Below, one piece after another: positions 1-10,340 of a stretch of DNA of 64,000 nucleotides. Under the pieces are notes generated by a model. The model was not told the origin of the DNA. It was given only the letters and a program-made list of their open reading frames with translations, and searched no databases. The translations under genes were made by a program, and so were the position numbers. The stretch is from Verrucomicrobiota bacterium (GTDB lineage: Bacteria > Verrucomicrobiota > Verrucomicrobiia > Limisphaerales > AV2). The DNA lies in assembly GCA_003218515.1 (NCBI GenBank), contig QHNT01000055.1:10644-74643 (forward strand). Reading direction: 5' to 3'. The number at the start of each line of letters is the position of its first letter. The first letter of the stretch is position 1.

Positions 1-1
1 T

Positions 2-133
2 CAAGCCTCGACCAACTTGGTGGAATGGTTTCCGATCGGAACGGTGGTGCGAACCAATGGCCGGTTTCGCATTGTGGATACCAACGCAGCAATCTTCAAC
101 CTCCGCTTCTACCGGGTGATTCAAACGCAGTAA
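2..133 (+). CDS. 3' end (partial) of a probable secreted protein, tail ...STNLVEWFPIGTVVRTNGRFRIVDTNAAIFNLRFYRVIQTQ*
   Basis: Frame is open from the window edge to TAA at 131-133. The tail matches the C-terminal ends of the proteins at 54687-56387 and 58760-61828 (xNLxxxxW...RFYR[VL]). Confidence 0.45.
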   Translation, partial: QASTNLVEWFPIGTVVRTNGRFRIVDTNAAIFNLRFYRVIQTQ

Positions 134-287
134 TCTTTTGCCTGGCGCGCGGCAGCCAGCCTGGTCTTCCCTACAAACCGCCGCAAAAAGACCCATTCAA
201 TGCTTGCAATCAGACTCCGCTTGGGTATTTTCCCCAGTCCGCTGCTTTCAGACCGAGAGCAGTTGCGAACGAAAAACGGATAGATTT

Positions 288-845
288 ATGCCAGCAGCAA
301 ACGACTTACGCAAGGGCATGGCGATCCTCTACAACGGTGATGTCGCCGTCGTCCTCGACACACAACATCGCACGCCGGGCAACTTGCGCGCCTTCGTCCA
401 GGCCAGCATCCGCAGCCTCAAGTCCGGCAAATCGTCGGACGTGCGGTTCAGCTCCACGGAAAAAGTGGAAGTGGTGCCGATGACGACGCGGAAGATGGAG
501 TTCAGCTATAAGGACGGCGACGACTTTGTTTTTTCGGATCCGGAGACATACGAAACCGTGACGTTGCCGCCGGAACTGGTCGGTGACGCCAGGAATTATC
601 TGGTGGAAAACGCGCCCATCACGATGACTTTTGTTGAAGATAAAGCCGTATCGATTGAGCTGCCTGCCAGCGCCGTGTTGCGGGTGACCGACGCGCCGGA
701 GGGAATTCGCGGTGATTCCGCCAACAACGTGCAGAAAGCGGTGAAACTGGAGACCGGCATTTCGATTCAGGTGCCGCTTTTCATCAAGACAGGGGAGAAG
801 GTCAAGATCGACACACGCACGGGAAAATACATGGAACGGGCGTGA
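288..845 (+). CDS. efp: Elongation factor P
   Basis: ATG at 288 inside ORF 138..845. The 185-aa product reads as EF-P throughout (...GMAILYNGDVAVVLD..., ...ETGISIQVPLFIKTGEKVKIDTRTGKYMERA). Confidence 0.9.
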   Translation: MPAANDLRKGMAILYNGDVAVVLDTQHRTPGNLRAFVQASIRSLKSGKSSDVRFSSTEKVEVVPMTTRKMEFSYKDGDDFVFSDPETYETVTLPPELVGDARNYLVENAPITMTFVEDKAVSIELPASAVLRVTDAPEGIRGDSANNVQKAVKLETGISIQVPLFIKTGEKVKIDTRTGKYMERA

Positions 846-964
846 GGCCAGTTCCAAATTTCGAGGTAAGACCAATTGCCAAAGGAAATTTCCGAAATGA
901 AACCAATTGTCGAATGCCCAGAGGCTCCCCGCACCCGACATTGATTGGAAATTACTACCACTCT

Positions 965-988
965 AGCTCGCTTCGCGCGGGCTTTTTT
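965..988 (+). terminator. Candidate rho-independent terminator after efp
   Basis: A 6-bp GC stem (gctcgc / gcgggc, one G-U pair) with loop ttcgc, followed by TTTTTT at 983-988. It abuts the stop of the convergent PfkB gene. Confidence 0.5.
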
Positions 989-2037
989 CATTCCGTTGTT
1001 TCGAGCGCCGGACGGAAGTGGTATTTTCTTGCGAGGTCGAGAGCAGCTTTAAGCGGCTTGATGCCGCCCGTGCAAGTCGGGTCTGAAAGCGATGCGGCTG
1101 CGACACAAACGCCCGTTTCCAGGCAACGTCGCAAATCCGATCCTTCGTGCAGCCCTAAAAGCACCCCGGCGCAAAACGCGTCCCCTGCCCCGGCCATGCC
1201 CGCGATGTATTTGGCTGGAAGATTAAGCGAGGATTGCCAGTGATCCTCACCTTTACGCGTGCGGGCAAAGGCGCCTTCCGGAAAATGGATAACCACCAAC
1301 TCATGCACACCCATCTGCAGGAGCGCGCCGGCGGCATGCCGCAGTGCTACGGTGTCCAGCCGTCCGTCCGGCTGGCGGACCCTGAAGCCTGTCGTTTTCC
1401 CCGCTTCGATTTCGTTCACAACGCAGTAGTCAACGTGCTTGAGGGCCGGCGCGACGATGTGGGCATAACGGTCGCTGTCTTCGCTGACCACATCCAGGCT
1501 GGTTTTAAGTCCGGCTTCCCGGGCAGCGGCGAGCAGCGCGGCGGCCCTGGTGCCGAACCTTTTGTCGGACGCATCGAGCCCGTCCAGCAACAACAGGTAA
1601 CCGAGATGAAAAATCCGTGCTTTGACTCTGGTGAAATCCAGGTCGTCGCCGTCCCACAAAGCGTTGGCGCCCCGGTGGTGGAAAAAGGTGCGACGACCGC
1701 CGTTTGTCTCAGTCATGACATCCGTGTATGAAGTCGGCGCTTCGGAGGTGGCGCGCAGAAATCGCGCGTCGATCTTGTATTTTCGGCAATCCGCCAGAAT
1801 CAGTTCGCCCAGAGGGTCTTTGCCGACCAGGCCGGCGGCGAAAAGAGGAAAAGCGACGCCCAATTTGGCGAGATCAACCAGGACGTTGTAGGGTGCGCCG
1901 CCGGTCCCCTGCGCCTGCCTGCGAATGTTGGCAAGCTGTTCCGGCTGCGGGTAGACATCAATCAACTTCACCTGGTCAATGATCCAGTTGCCGCCGGCGA
2001 GGAGACCACTGCGAGCCGAGGCAGGTTTGCTTTTCAT
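988..2037 (-). CDS. PfkB-family carbohydrate kinase (ribokinase-like)
   Basis: 349-aa ORF with the C-terminal PfkB signature ...AGAGDAFCAGVLLGL... and an N-terminal GG dipeptide region. Confidence 0.75.
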   Translation of the reverse strand: MKSKPASARSGLLAGGNWIIDQVKLIDVYPQPEQLANIRRQAQGTGGAPYNVLVDLAKLGVAFPLFAAGLVGKDPLGELILADCRKYKIDARFLRATSEAPTSYTDVMTETNGGRRTFFHHRGANALWDGDDLDFTRVKARIFHLGYLLLLDGLDASDKRFGTRAAALLAAAREAGLKTSLDVVSEDSDRYAHIVAPALKHVDYCVVNEIEAGKTTGFRVRQPDGRLDTVALRHAAGALLQMGVHELVVIHFPEGAFARTRKGEDHWQSSLNLPAKYIAGMAGAGDAFCAGVLLGLHEGSDLRRCLETGVCVAAASLSDPTCTGGIKPLKAALDLARKYHFRPALETTE

Positions 2038-2159
2038 GATGTGCTTGAATTGAGCGTCCGCCGGGTACTGGACTTACGCGAGTCTAATGGAAAATACGAT
2101 CCTTGTCTTTAATGAATTCCGTCCGCTCAGGCAAGCTGTTTGCAACCGAACGCGTGTCC

Positions 2160-2621
2160 TTAAATCACAAAATCGACAGGATTGGCATGAAGCTCTTGTA
2201 GTTCGCGGGCACGCTCGCAGAGGTCGGCCACGGTCAATTTTTCGACGATGCCCACGACGGCATCGCGCGCCTGTTTCATCACACTGCGAATGGCGCACCG
2301 GGCTTCATCAGGGCAGGAACATTTTTCGTAGAAGCATTCGCTCACGCAACTCACCGGGGCCAACGCGCCTTCGATGTGGCGGATCACGCTGGCGAGCGAA
2401 ATGTCCGCCGGCGGACGCGCCAGCCGGTAGCCCCCTGCGACGCCACGTTTGCTTTCAACCACACCCGCCGACTTCAGGTCATTGAGGATCTGCTCCAGGA
2501 ATCGCTTCGGGATGTTCTGATGTTGAGCAATGGTTTGAATTCGCACGACTGACTGTTTGTAGTTCAGTCCCAGCACCAGCAGGGCGCGCAATGCGTATTC
2601 ACCGCGCAGAGATAACTTCAT
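2160..2621 (-). CDS. Rrf2-family transcriptional regulator, Cys-rich (possible Fe-S/redox sensing)
   Basis: MKLSLRGEYALRALL... wHTH typical of Rrf2/IscR/CymR. Cys cluster CVSECFYEKCSCPDEARC. Divergent from the sulfate-uptake operon. Confidence 0.85.
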   Translation of the reverse strand: MKLSLRGEYALRALLVLGLNYKQSVVRIQTIAQHQNIPKRFLEQILNDLKSAGVVESKRGVAGGYRLARPPADISLASVIRHIEGALAPVSCVSECFYEKCSCPDEARCAIRSVMKQARDAVVGIVEKLTVADLCERARELQELHANPVDFVI

Positions 2622-2732
2622 TGCGCAGACGATAGAATCTACATTAAAACTATCAAGAATTACTTCACTTCATTTGATACGACCCATAAACACGAATAAA
2701 TACAGTGATAAAATAATTCATAAAAATGTCTA

Positions 2733-2760
2733 TTGACTTAGTGTATATTAAACTTATTAT
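2733..2760 (+). promoter_or_regulatory. Candidate sigma70-type promoter for the porin/sulfate operon in an AT-rich divergent intergenic region
   Basis: TTGACT (2733-2738), 16-nt spacer, TATTAT (2755-2760), about 40 nt upstream of the porin ATG at 2800. The surrounding 2622-2799 is strikingly AT-rich compared with the rest of the window. Confidence 0.4.
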
Positions 2761-2799
2761 CGCTCTGAATTTGCAATTCGTGAGGCACGAAAAAGCGAA

Positions 2800-4203
2800 A
2801 TGAAACCAACTCTAGGGGCAGTCGCCGCGGCTGTGATCGGCAGTCAATCAATGACCACCAACCATTTGTTGGCTGATGACACGGCCGATACCATCAACGG
2901 TCTCAAACAACAAATCGAACAACTCGACCAGAAGGTCCGCATACTCGAACGCAATCGCGAACTGGAGAAAGAAACCGCTGACACAAAACCCAAAGACGCG
3001 CCGAAAATCAGTATCGGCGAGAAGGGCTTTTCCTTCGGCTCCGCCGATGGCAACTTCGCGATCAATCTGCGAGGCGTCTTGCAACTGGATTCGAGAACAT
3101 TTTTTAAAGACGGCGGGATCAAAGGCAATGATGGTTTCCTGCTGCGCCGGGCCAGACCCGTCATTGAAGGCACTGTTTTCCGGGACTTCGACTTCGTGTT
3201 CGTTCCGGACTTCGGCGGCAGCACACCACAGATTTTTGATGCGTACCTTAACTATCGCTATAGTCGTGGTCTGCAGGCGCAGATCGGAAAGTTCAAGTCC
3301 CCGGTTGGGCTTGAGCAGCTCCAAGCCGACGCAAATCTGCAATTTAACGAGCGTTCAATGGCGACTGACCTGGTGCCGAACCGCGACCTCGGCGTGCAGC
3401 TTCACGGCGATTTGTTTGACGGCACGATGAGCTACGCGGCCGGCATATTCAACGGCGTGGGCGACGCGCGCAATTCCAGCAATGCCGATTTTGAAGACGA
3501 CAAGGAGTTTGCCGGGCGACTCTTCCTCCGGCCTTTGATGAAATCCAGTTTGTCCGCCCTCCAAGGATTTGGTTTTGGCGTAGGCGGAAGCTATGGGGAC
3601 TCCTCCACGGTCAATGCGCTGCCGGCGACGACCGGCGGAACCGCGCCCGGCTACGTCACGGACGGGCAGCAACAGTTCTTCGCCTATCGGAATACCGTCG
3701 TCGCCGGTGGCAAACACTGGAGGGTCTCGCCGCAAGGTTCCTATTATTACGGCCCGTTCGGCTTGCTGGGGGAATACGTGATCTCGGCCCAACGGGCTCA
3801 AACCAACTCGTTGAACACTGCAGCGCTCAAGAATAGGGCGTGGCAAATCACCGGCTCCTGGGTCCTGACCGGCGAAGACGCCTCCTACCAGCGCGTGGTC
3901 CCTGCCAAGCCCTTCGATCCCGCCGCAGGCCGCTGGGGCGCGGTCCAGCTTGTCGCCCGCTACGCACATCTGGACATTGATCGTGATGCGTTTCCCTTAT
4001 TTGCCGATCCGACTACGTCGGCAAGATCGGCGTCGGCCTGGTCCGTGGGCCTCAACTGGTACTTGAATCGGAACGTGCTCGTGAAGACCAGTTTTTCGCG
4101 CACCACCTTCTCCGGCGGCGGCGGGGCCGGCACCACCGCGCCGGCCATCATAACGCGGCAACCGGAAAATGTGTTGTTCACTCGGGTCCAATTGGCGTTT
4201 TAG
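2800..4203 (+). CDS. Anion-selective porin, phosphate-selective porin O/P (OprO/OprP)-like
   Basis: 467 aa with a signal-like N-terminus and a coiled-coil segment ([22 protein letters not shown]). This is followed by beta-barrel-like alternating sequence ending ...FTRVQLAF, with a terminal aromatic residue. Confidence 0.6.
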   Translation: MKPTLGAVAAAVIGSQSMTTNHLLADDTADTINGLKQQIEQLDQKVRILERNRELEKETADTKPKDAPKISIGEKGFSFGSADGNFAINLRGVLQLDSRTFFKDGGIKGNDGFLLRRARPVIEGTVFRDFDFVFVPDFGGSTPQIFDAYLNYRYSRGLQAQIGKFKSPVGLEQLQADANLQFNERSMATDLVPNRDLGVQLHGDLFDGTMSYAAGIFNGVGDARNSSNADFEDDKEFAGRLFLRPLMKSSLSALQGFGFGVGGSYGDSSTVNALPATTGGTAPGYVTDGQQQFFAYRNTVVAGGKHWRVSPQGSYYYGPFGLLGEYVISAQRAQTNSLNTAALKNRAWQITGSWVLTGEDASYQRVVPAKPFDPAAGRWGAVQLVARYAHLDIDRDAFPLFADPTTSARSASAWSVGLNWYLNRNVLVKTSFSRTTFSGGGGAGTTAPAIITRQPENVLFTRVQLAF

Positions 4204-4225
4204 CCCGGCCCAAAAAGAAAATGTT

Positions 4226-5245
4226 ATGACAAAAAGAAACTCAAACAAACGTCCGATCACTTTTACGGCGGCGTTGGCGCTCTCCCTGGTTTGTTCCTTC
4301 GCCAGGGACATCAACCTCCTGAACGTTTCTTACGACCCCACTCGTGAGCTGTATCAGGATTTCAACGCCGCCTTCTCCAAATATTGGAAGGAAAAGACCG
4401 GCGACGCGATCATCATCCGGCAATCGCACGGCGGCTCCGGCAAACAGGCGCGGGCCGTCATCGACGGCCTCGCCGCCGATGTCGTCACTCTGGCGCTGGC
4501 TTATGACATCGACGCGATCGCTGAGAAGGCAAAGTTGCTGCCGCCCGACTGGCAAAGGCGGTTGCCGAACAACAGTTCGCCCTACACTTCCACCATCCTC
4601 TTCCTCGTCCGCAAGGGAAATCCAAAGGGAATCAAGGACTGGGACGATTTGATAAAACCGGGCATCGCGGTTGTCACGCCCAACCCGAAGACCTCTGGTG
4701 GGGCGCGCTGGAACTATCTCGCTGCTTACGGCTACGAATTGAAGCGCGCCGGGGGCGACGAAGCCAGGGCGAAAGAATTTGTGCGGAAGTTGTTCAAGAA
4801 TGTGCCGGTGCTCGATTCGGGAGCGCGCAGCGCGACGACGACCTTCATTCAACGCGGAATCGGAGATGTACTCATCGCGTGGGAAAACGAAGCGATCATG
4901 GCAATCAAAGAGCTTGGCCAGGGGCAGTTCGATCTGGTTGCCCCCTCCATCAGCATCCTGGCAGAACCGCCCGTGACCGTGGTTGACAAGGTAGCCAGGA
5001 AGCGCGGCACGGAGGAGGCAGCCAAAGGGTATCTCGAATATCTCTATAGCGAAACCGGCCAGGACATTGCGGCGAGGCACTACTATCGTCCTCGGCTCGA
5101 ATCGGTCATGCAAAAGTATGCCGGCCAATTTACGCAACTGAAACTGTTCACTATCGACGAAGTGTTTGGCGGCTGGCAAAGGGCTCAAAAAACACACTTC
5201 AACGACGGCGGTGTCTTCGACCAGATCAGTCAAGCCAACCGGTGA
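4226..5245 (+). CDS. sbp: Sulfate/thiosulfate ABC transporter substrate-binding protein
   Basis: ATG at 4226 inside ORF 4169..5245. [20 protein letters not shown]...[33 protein letters not shown] closely matches the E. coli Sbp/CysP sequence as I remember it. Confidence 0.9.
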   Translation: MTKRNSNKRPITFTAALALSLVCSFARDINLLNVSYDPTRELYQDFNAAFSKYWKEKTGDAIIIRQSHGGSGKQARAVIDGLAADVVTLALAYDIDAIAEKAKLLPPDWQRRLPNNSSPYTSTILFLVRKGNPKGIKDWDDLIKPGIAVVTPNPKTSGGARWNYLAAYGYELKRAGGDEARAKEFVRKLFKNVPVLDSGARSATTTFIQRGIGDVLIAWENEAIMAIKELGQGQFDLVAPSISILAEPPVTVVDKVARKRGTEEAAKGYLEYLYSETGQDIAARHYYRPRLESVMQKYAGQFTQLKLFTIDEVFGGWQRAQKTHFNDGGVFDQISQANR

Positions 5246-5312
5246 CGAACGAAGATTTCTTTTGCCGCGTCTCCGGGTTCGGATAAGCTTCGCCGCAACC
5301 TCACGACCACTC

Positions 5313-6137
5313 ATGGCAGAAAAAAAGTTCAACGCCCTGCCGGGATTCGGCCTGACGATGGGTTTCACCATCTTTTATTTGAGCGCGATTGCCCTCATTC
5401 CGATCGCCGGTCTGTTTCTGAAAACGCTGGAGATTTCCCTGACAGACTTCTGGCGGCTGGCCACGACCGACCGCGCGCTGGCCGCCTACGAACTGACGTT
5501 CGGCGCCTCGCTGGTCGCCGCGCTCGCCAACGCTCTGTTCGGAACTGTCCTCGCGTGGGTGCTGGTCCGCTACGAGTTTCCCGGCAAACGGTTCATCGAC
5601 GCACTGGTTGATTTTCCGTTCGCTCTGCCGACGGCGGTCGCGGGCTTGACCCTCGCCAATCTCTTTGCCGACAACGGCTGGCTCGGTCAATGGCTCGTGC
5701 CGCTCGGGATCAAAGGCGCATTCACTCCACTGGGCGTGATCATCGCGCTGACGTTTGTCGGGATGCCCTTCGCGGTTCGCACCCTGCAGCCGGTGCTGGA
5801 AAACCTCGAACGCGAGGTCGAAGAAGCCGCGGCCACGCTCGGCGCAAGCCGGGTCCGCACTTTTTTCAGCATCATCGCGCCGACGCTGCTGCCCACGATC
5901 ATTACCGGATTCGCCCTGGCCTTTGCGCGCGCGGTGGGCGAATACGGCTCCATCGTTTTCATCTCCGGCAACCAGCCGTTCAAAACGGAGATCGCCCCAT
6001 ATCTGATCGTCATGCGTCTGGATGAATACGATTACACCGGAGCCGTGGCGCTCGCCGTCGTGCTGATGGTGATTTCATTCGCGATGCTTTACGTCATCAA
6101 CTGGCTTGAAACCTGGTCGAGTCGCTTCCAAAACTGA
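5313..6137 (+). CDS. cysT: Sulfate ABC transporter permease CysT
   Basis: ATG at 5313 inside ORF 5166..6137. Multi-TM permease with an EAA-loop-like ...EEAAATLGASRVRTFFSIIAP...; lies between sbp and cysW. Confidence 0.88.
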   Translation: MAEKKFNALPGFGLTMGFTIFYLSAIALIPIAGLFLKTLEISLTDFWRLATTDRALAAYELTFGASLVAALANALFGTVLAWVLVRYEFPGKRFIDALVDFPFALPTAVAGLTLANLFADNGWLGQWLVPLGIKGAFTPLGVIIALTFVGMPFAVRTLQPVLENLEREVEEAAATLGASRVRTFFSIIAPTLLPTIITGFALAFARAVGEYGSIVFISGNQPFKTEIAPYLIVMRLDEYDYTGAVALAVVLMVISFAMLYVINWLETWSSRFQN

Positions 6138-6139
6138 TC

Positions 6140-7108
6140 ATGGGCGGCGCTCCCTCAACCGACACTGCAATCATCCGTCGCCGCGTCAGCCGGAGCCAGT
6201 CGCAACGCGGCACGGAAGAGCCGCCGCTGATCAAATGGACGCTCATTGCGATTGCGCTCGCCTTTTCGTTGGTCTTTCTGTTGCTGCCGCTGGTGAACGT
6301 GTTCGCGCAGGCCTTCGCCAAAGGATGGCAGGCGTACTGGAATTCGCTGACGGAGCCTGATTCCTGGGCGGCGATTCGCCTGACGCTGATCGTCGCCGCC
6401 ATCGCTGTTCCGCTGAACGTGATGTTCGGCGTAGCCGCGGCCTGGGCCATTGCCAAATTTGAATTCCGCTGGAAATCTCTGCTGACCACATTGATTGATC
6501 TCCCCTTTTCCGTGTCGCCGGTCGTTGCGGGTCTGATGTTCGTGTTGATGTTCGGGCTGCAAGGCTACTTCGGCAAATGGCTCGAGGCGCACGAGATCAA
6601 GATCATCTTCGCCGTGCCCGGGATCGTGCTCGCAACGGTCTTTGTCACCTTTCCCTTTGTGGCGCGCGAACTGATCCCGGTCATGCAAGCGGCCGGCTCG
6701 GAGCAGGAGCAGGCGGCGCTGACGTTGGGCGCAAGCGGCTGGCGGACGTTCTGGCACGTGACGCTGCCGTCGGTCAAATGGGGGCTGATCTACGGCATCA
6801 TCCTTTGCAACGCGCGCGCGATGGGTGAGTTCGGCGCGGTGTCCGTCGTTTCCGGACACATCATTCGCCAGACGGAAACGATGCCGCTGCGCGTTCAGGC
6901 TCTTTATGAAGGCGGCTCCGCGGTGTCGGGTGCGGCCGCTTTCGCGGTGGCGAGCTTGCTGGCATTGCTCGCGTTGATTACGCTGGCGATCAAAACTTTT
7001 CTGGAGTGGAAGCAGGCCCGTGACTACGCGCGCGCGCAGCAACTGGCCATGCCGACACCCGAAAGCGACAGCGACACGGCCTTCCTTGCGCGGCAGAACC
7101 TCAGATGA
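6140..7108 (+). CDS. cysW: Sulfate ABC transporter permease CysW
   Basis: Multi-TM permease with ...EQAALTLGASGWRTFWHVTLP... Its stop overlaps the cysA start (ATGA at 7105-7108). Confidence 0.88.
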   Translation: MGGAPSTDTAIIRRRVSRSQSQRGTEEPPLIKWTLIAIALAFSLVFLLLPLVNVFAQAFAKGWQAYWNSLTEPDSWAAIRLTLIVAAIAVPLNVMFGVAAAWAIAKFEFRWKSLLTTLIDLPFSVSPVVAGLMFVLMFGLQGYFGKWLEAHEIKIIFAVPGIVLATVFVTFPFVARELIPVMQAAGSEQEQAALTLGASGWRTFWHVTLPSVKWGLIYGIILCNARAMGEFGAVSVVSGHIIRQTETMPLRVQALYEGGSAVSGAAAFAVASLLALLALITLAIKTFLEWKQARDYARAQQLAMPTPESDSDTAFLARQNLR

Positions 7109-8208
7109 GCATCGAACTCAAAAACGTGACCAAAAAGTTCGGTGAAGTCACCGCCGTCAACGACGTCAGCTTCTCAGTGAACGAAGGCGAGTTGATGGCG
7201 CTGCTGGGGCCGAGCGGCGGCGGCAAGACCACCGTGCTGCGCATGATCGCCGGGCTGGAAATGCCGACCACAGGCGACGTTTTCATCCGCGGCCAGCGGG
7301 TGAACGATCTTTCCGTGCAGGAGCGCAATATCGGTTTTGTGTTCCAGAATTACGCGCTGTTCAAAAACATGAACGCGTTCAAGAACATCGCTTTTGGCCT
7401 CAAGATCAAGAAGTGGAAACGGCCCGACGTTGAAGCGCGCGTGATGGAATTGCTGAAACTCTTCGACCTGGAGGGACTGGAAAAGCGCTATCCGCACCAG
7501 CTTTCGGGCGGTCAACGCCAGCGCGTCGCCATCGCCCGTGCGCTCGCGCCCAAGCCAGGCGTGCTTCTGCTGGACGAACCGTTCGGCGCCGTGGACGCGA
7601 AGATTCGACAGGAACTCCGCGAATGGCTCGTGACGCTGCACCACGAATTGAACGTCACCACCATCTTCGTAACGCACGATCAGGAGGAGGCGATGGAAGT
7701 TTCCAACCGCACGGTGATTTTCTCGCGCGGCAACCTGGAGCAGATCGGCACGCCGCGCGAAGTCTATGAGCAGCCGGCCAATGAATTCGTCGCCCGTTTC
7801 ATCGGCGTCATGATCGTGCTCGAACTGCACGTGAGCAAAGGCGTCGCGCGGTTGAACGAGCTGGAATTCCCTTCGCACGGCCTGCCCGATGGCGAGCGCT
7901 TGCGGATCGGTTTTCGCCCTTACTCCGTTCAGATTTCGTCGGACGTCAAAGCCTATCGTTACCGCGCCATCCTGCGGCACACTTACTTCCTCGGCGTCAT
8001 GCTGCGGGTCGAACTCGAACTTCCCAGTGGACTGCTCATTCGCGCCCGCATGACCAAGGAGGAATATGCCTTTCAGGGACTCGCCGACGGCAAGGACGTT
8101 TCATTTCAAATCCGGCAATATCGCGTGCTCGCGCGTGAAGGGGAGAAACTGGCACCGGAAGTGGCCGTGACGCACGACGTCCCGCTGACGCTCGGCGAGG
8201 GGATTTAA
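7105..8208 (+). CDS. cysA: Sulfate/thiosulfate ABC transporter ATP-binding protein CysA
   Basis: Walker A GPSGGGKTT, signature LSGGQRQRVAIARAL, Walker B LLLDEPF, plus a C-terminal TOBE-like regulatory domain. Confidence 0.9.
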   Translation: MSIELKNVTKKFGEVTAVNDVSFSVNEGELMALLGPSGGGKTTVLRMIAGLEMPTTGDVFIRGQRVNDLSVQERNIGFVFQNYALFKNMNAFKNIAFGLKIKKWKRPDVEARVMELLKLFDLEGLEKRYPHQLSGGQRQRVAIARALAPKPGVLLLDEPFGAVDAKIRQELREWLVTLHHELNVTTIFVTHDQEEAMEVSNRTVIFSRGNLEQIGTPREVYEQPANEFVARFIGVMIVLELHVSKGVARLNELEFPSHGLPDGERLRIGFRPYSVQISSDVKAYRYRAILRHTYFLGVMLRVELELPSGLLIRARMTKEEYAFQGLADGKDVSFQIRQYRVLAREGEKLAPEVAVTHDVPLTLGEGI

Positions 8209-8211
8209 TAT

Positions 8212-8994
8212 ATGAACCAGAACAACACCGTCTTAGTCGTCGGCTCCGCGGGCCGCATCGGCCAGGCAGTCGTTGCCGAATTGCGGAGGCGAAAACTACC
8301 GGTTCGTGGATTCGATCTAGTCAAGACGCCGGGTGTGGATGATTGCGTGGTTGGCGACATCACCAAACCAGAAGGATTGAATCGAGCCGCGGACGGAATA
8401 GGAACTTTGATTCATCTGGCGGCCACACCCGACGACGACGATTTCCCGACGAAGCTTCTGCCCAACAACCTCGTCGGCGTTTATCACGTGATGGAGGCGG
8501 CCCGGCTCGGTGGCGTACCCCGGCTCGTCCTGGCCAGCAGCGGACAGGTGAACTGGTGGCAGCGGACGGCTGGAAAACTGCCCGTTCGCGTGGAAGACCC
8601 GCCCAGTCCGCGTTACTGGTACGCGGCCACGAAAATGTTTCTGGAAGCCATCGGACGCGGCTACGCCGAAACGCACGGCATTGGCGTCATCGCGGTGCGG
8701 CTCGGGTGGTGTCCGCGCACGCCGGAGCAGGTGCAGGAAATCGCCGCGAGCGAATGGGCGCAGGACGTTTACCTGAGTCCGGGCGATGCCGGCCGTTTTT
8801 TCGCCTGCGCCGTGGAAGCCAGGACCAACATCCGTTTCGCCATCGTTTATGCGTCCAGCAAACCGATTCATCGCGTGCATTTCGACCTGGAGCCCGCGAA
8901 GAATCTGGTCGGTTTCGTCCCGCAGGAAACCTGGCCGCAGGGGATCGAAGTGGTTGAAGCGACCGCTCGCCGCCGAACTTGCGGCTTGAAATGA
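8212..8994 (+). CDS. NAD(P)-dependent epimerase/dehydratase (SDR family)
   Basis: N-terminal Rossmann motif VLVVGSAGRIGQAV and catalytic YAATK (YxxxK). Confidence 0.7.
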   Translation: MNQNNTVLVVGSAGRIGQAVVAELRRRKLPVRGFDLVKTPGVDDCVVGDITKPEGLNRAADGIGTLIHLAATPDDDDFPTKLLPNNLVGVYHVMEAARLGGVPRLVLASSGQVNWWQRTAGKLPVRVEDPPSPRYWYAATKMFLEAIGRGYAETHGIGVIAVRLGWCPRTPEQVQEIAASEWAQDVYLSPGDAGRFFACAVEARTNIRFAIVYASSKPIHRVHFDLEPAKNLVGFVPQETWPQGIEVVEATARRRTCGLK

Positions 8995-9100
8995 TTTTCC
9001 GGGCCGCTATACCAACAGGGAATCGTTGCGCGGCTTGAGCGTTTGTTTCGGCATCGACCAGTCTCCACGAGCTAACGCTTTGGCCGATGCGTGTCGCATC

Positions 9101-10183
9101 ATGAGTGCTTTTTTTTCCCGCGCGATCGGACCGGCTCTGATTCTCTTCCTCGGCCCTGCCGCCGGCTTTGCCTGGGACTACGAAGGTCATCGTCTGGTCA
9201 ATCAATTGGCGGTGGCTACGCTGCCGACAAACTTCCCCGCTTTTGTCCAAACACCGGAAGCGCGGGAGCGCATCGCCTTTCTGAGTGGAGAACCCGACCG
9301 TTGGCGGAACACGTCCGATCTGGCGTTGAAACATTTCAATTCGCCCGATCACTTCATCGACCTGGAGGACCTGGCGCTTTATCACCTGAAGCCGTCAACC
9401 CTGAGCCATTTCCGCTACGAATTCACGGCGCAACTGGCCGTGGCGCGCGCAGCCGACCCGAAAATCTTCCCGCCCATCGTCGCGACCAACGACCTCGACC
9501 GCACCAGAGCATTGATTGGTTTTCTTCCGTGGACCATCACGGAGTATTACGCGAAGTTGAAATCGGCTTTTTCCTACCTGAAAACCTTCGAAGAGGCCGG
9601 CAACGCGGAGGAAATCTCTAACGCACGGCAAAACGCCATTTTCTTCCTGGGTGTCCTGGGTCATTTCGTCGGCGACGCCGCCCAACCCCTGCACACGACG
9701 CGCAATTTCAACGGCTGGGTGGATCGCAACCCGCGCGGTTACACGACCAACCATAACTTCCATGCCTGGATCGACGGCGGTTACTTTCAAAAAACCGGTC
9801 TTCCCGATCCGGCTGATCTGCGAAGCCGCCTGCGCCCGGCGCAAATGCTTTGGCCGGACGATCCCAAAGCGCATCACGACGACGTTTTTCCGGAAGTGAT
9901 GCGGTTCATCGTCGAACAGCACAAGCAGGTGCAGCCGCTCTACCAATTGGAGAAAGAGGGAAAACTGAGCGGTGAAATCTGGACAAGTTTGCCAGGGCGC
10001 GCTTTTCTCGGTGATCAGTTGGTCCGGGCCGGACAAATGCTCGGGGATCTCTGGTATTCGGCCTGGGAACAGGCGCCCATCGACGCTTATCTGCGCACGC
10101 AGTTGCTCAAGCGCAAGAATGGCATCAACCAGAGCCCATCACACACTTCAGTCCTCAATCCGAAGTCGAGCATTGAGAATTGA
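9101..10183 (+). CDS. S1/P1 nuclease-family (zinc-dependent phospholipase C fold) secreted protein
   Basis: ATG at 9101 inside ORF 9026..10183 with a signal-like N-terminus. Mature start FAWDYEGH, and HFVGDAAQPLHTT and NFHAWID motifs resemble the S1/P1 zinc ligand motifs. Confidence 0.6.
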   Translation: MSAFFSRAIGPALILFLGPAAGFAWDYEGHRLVNQLAVATLPTNFPAFVQTPEARERIAFLSGEPDRWRNTSDLALKHFNSPDHFIDLEDLALYHLKPSTLSHFRYEFTAQLAVARAADPKIFPPIVATNDLDRTRALIGFLPWTITEYYAKLKSAFSYLKTFEEAGNAEEISNARQNAIFFLGVLGHFVGDAAQPLHTTRNFNGWVDRNPRGYTTNHNFHAWIDGGYFQKTGLPDPADLRSRLRPAQMLWPDDPKAHHDDVFPEVMRFIVEQHKQVQPLYQLEKEGKLSGEIWTSLPGRAFLGDQLVRAGQMLGDLWYSAWEQAPIDAYLRTQLLKRKNGINQSPSHTSVLNPKSSIEN

Positions 10184-10340
10184 GTTGCCCAAGCACCTCG
10201 GATGTCACTCATCTCCATGCCCCTCCGCGCCAGTTACACGCTTCTGCGCCGTCGCATCCGCAGTCAGTGGAGAAGCCGTTACGCCAACTGTGCGCGCGCT
10301 GGCCACTCCGGGGGCAGCGGGTGAACGTGCACTTACCCCG

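Noticed and set aside
138-287. N-terminal extensions of many track ORFs (efp 138, sbp 4169, cysT 5166, nuclease 9026, GT4 32017, deacetylase 39786, GT4 41065, ligase-like 43571, AsnB 45493, FemAB-like 47253, Wza 53185, OM barrel 54657)
   Set aside because: Internal ATGs give products that begin where family homology or a signal peptide begins, and they remove overlaps with the upstream gene. The extensions are low-complexity.
4241-5371. Long antisense or out-of-frame ORFs throughout the window (for example 4241..5371-, 6155..7042-, 7174..7980-, 11668..12738+, 26941..28386+, 35670..36812+, 47219..48382+, 54663..56234+, 60983..61786+)
   Set aside because: They overlap genes with strong motif support on the other strand or frame. 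Their translations are Arg/Pro/Gly-rich low-complexity sequence typical of shadow ORFs in GC-rich DNA.
8212-8994. The SDR at 8212..8994 as the missing FkbK/ZmaG-type dehydrogenase of the PKS-NRPS cluster
   Set aside because: It is on the opposite strand, in the sulfate-operon neighbourhood, and separated from the cluster by the nuclease gene and a terminator. Its motifs fit an epimerase/dehydratase SDR, not a 3-hydroxyacyl-CoA dehydrogenase.
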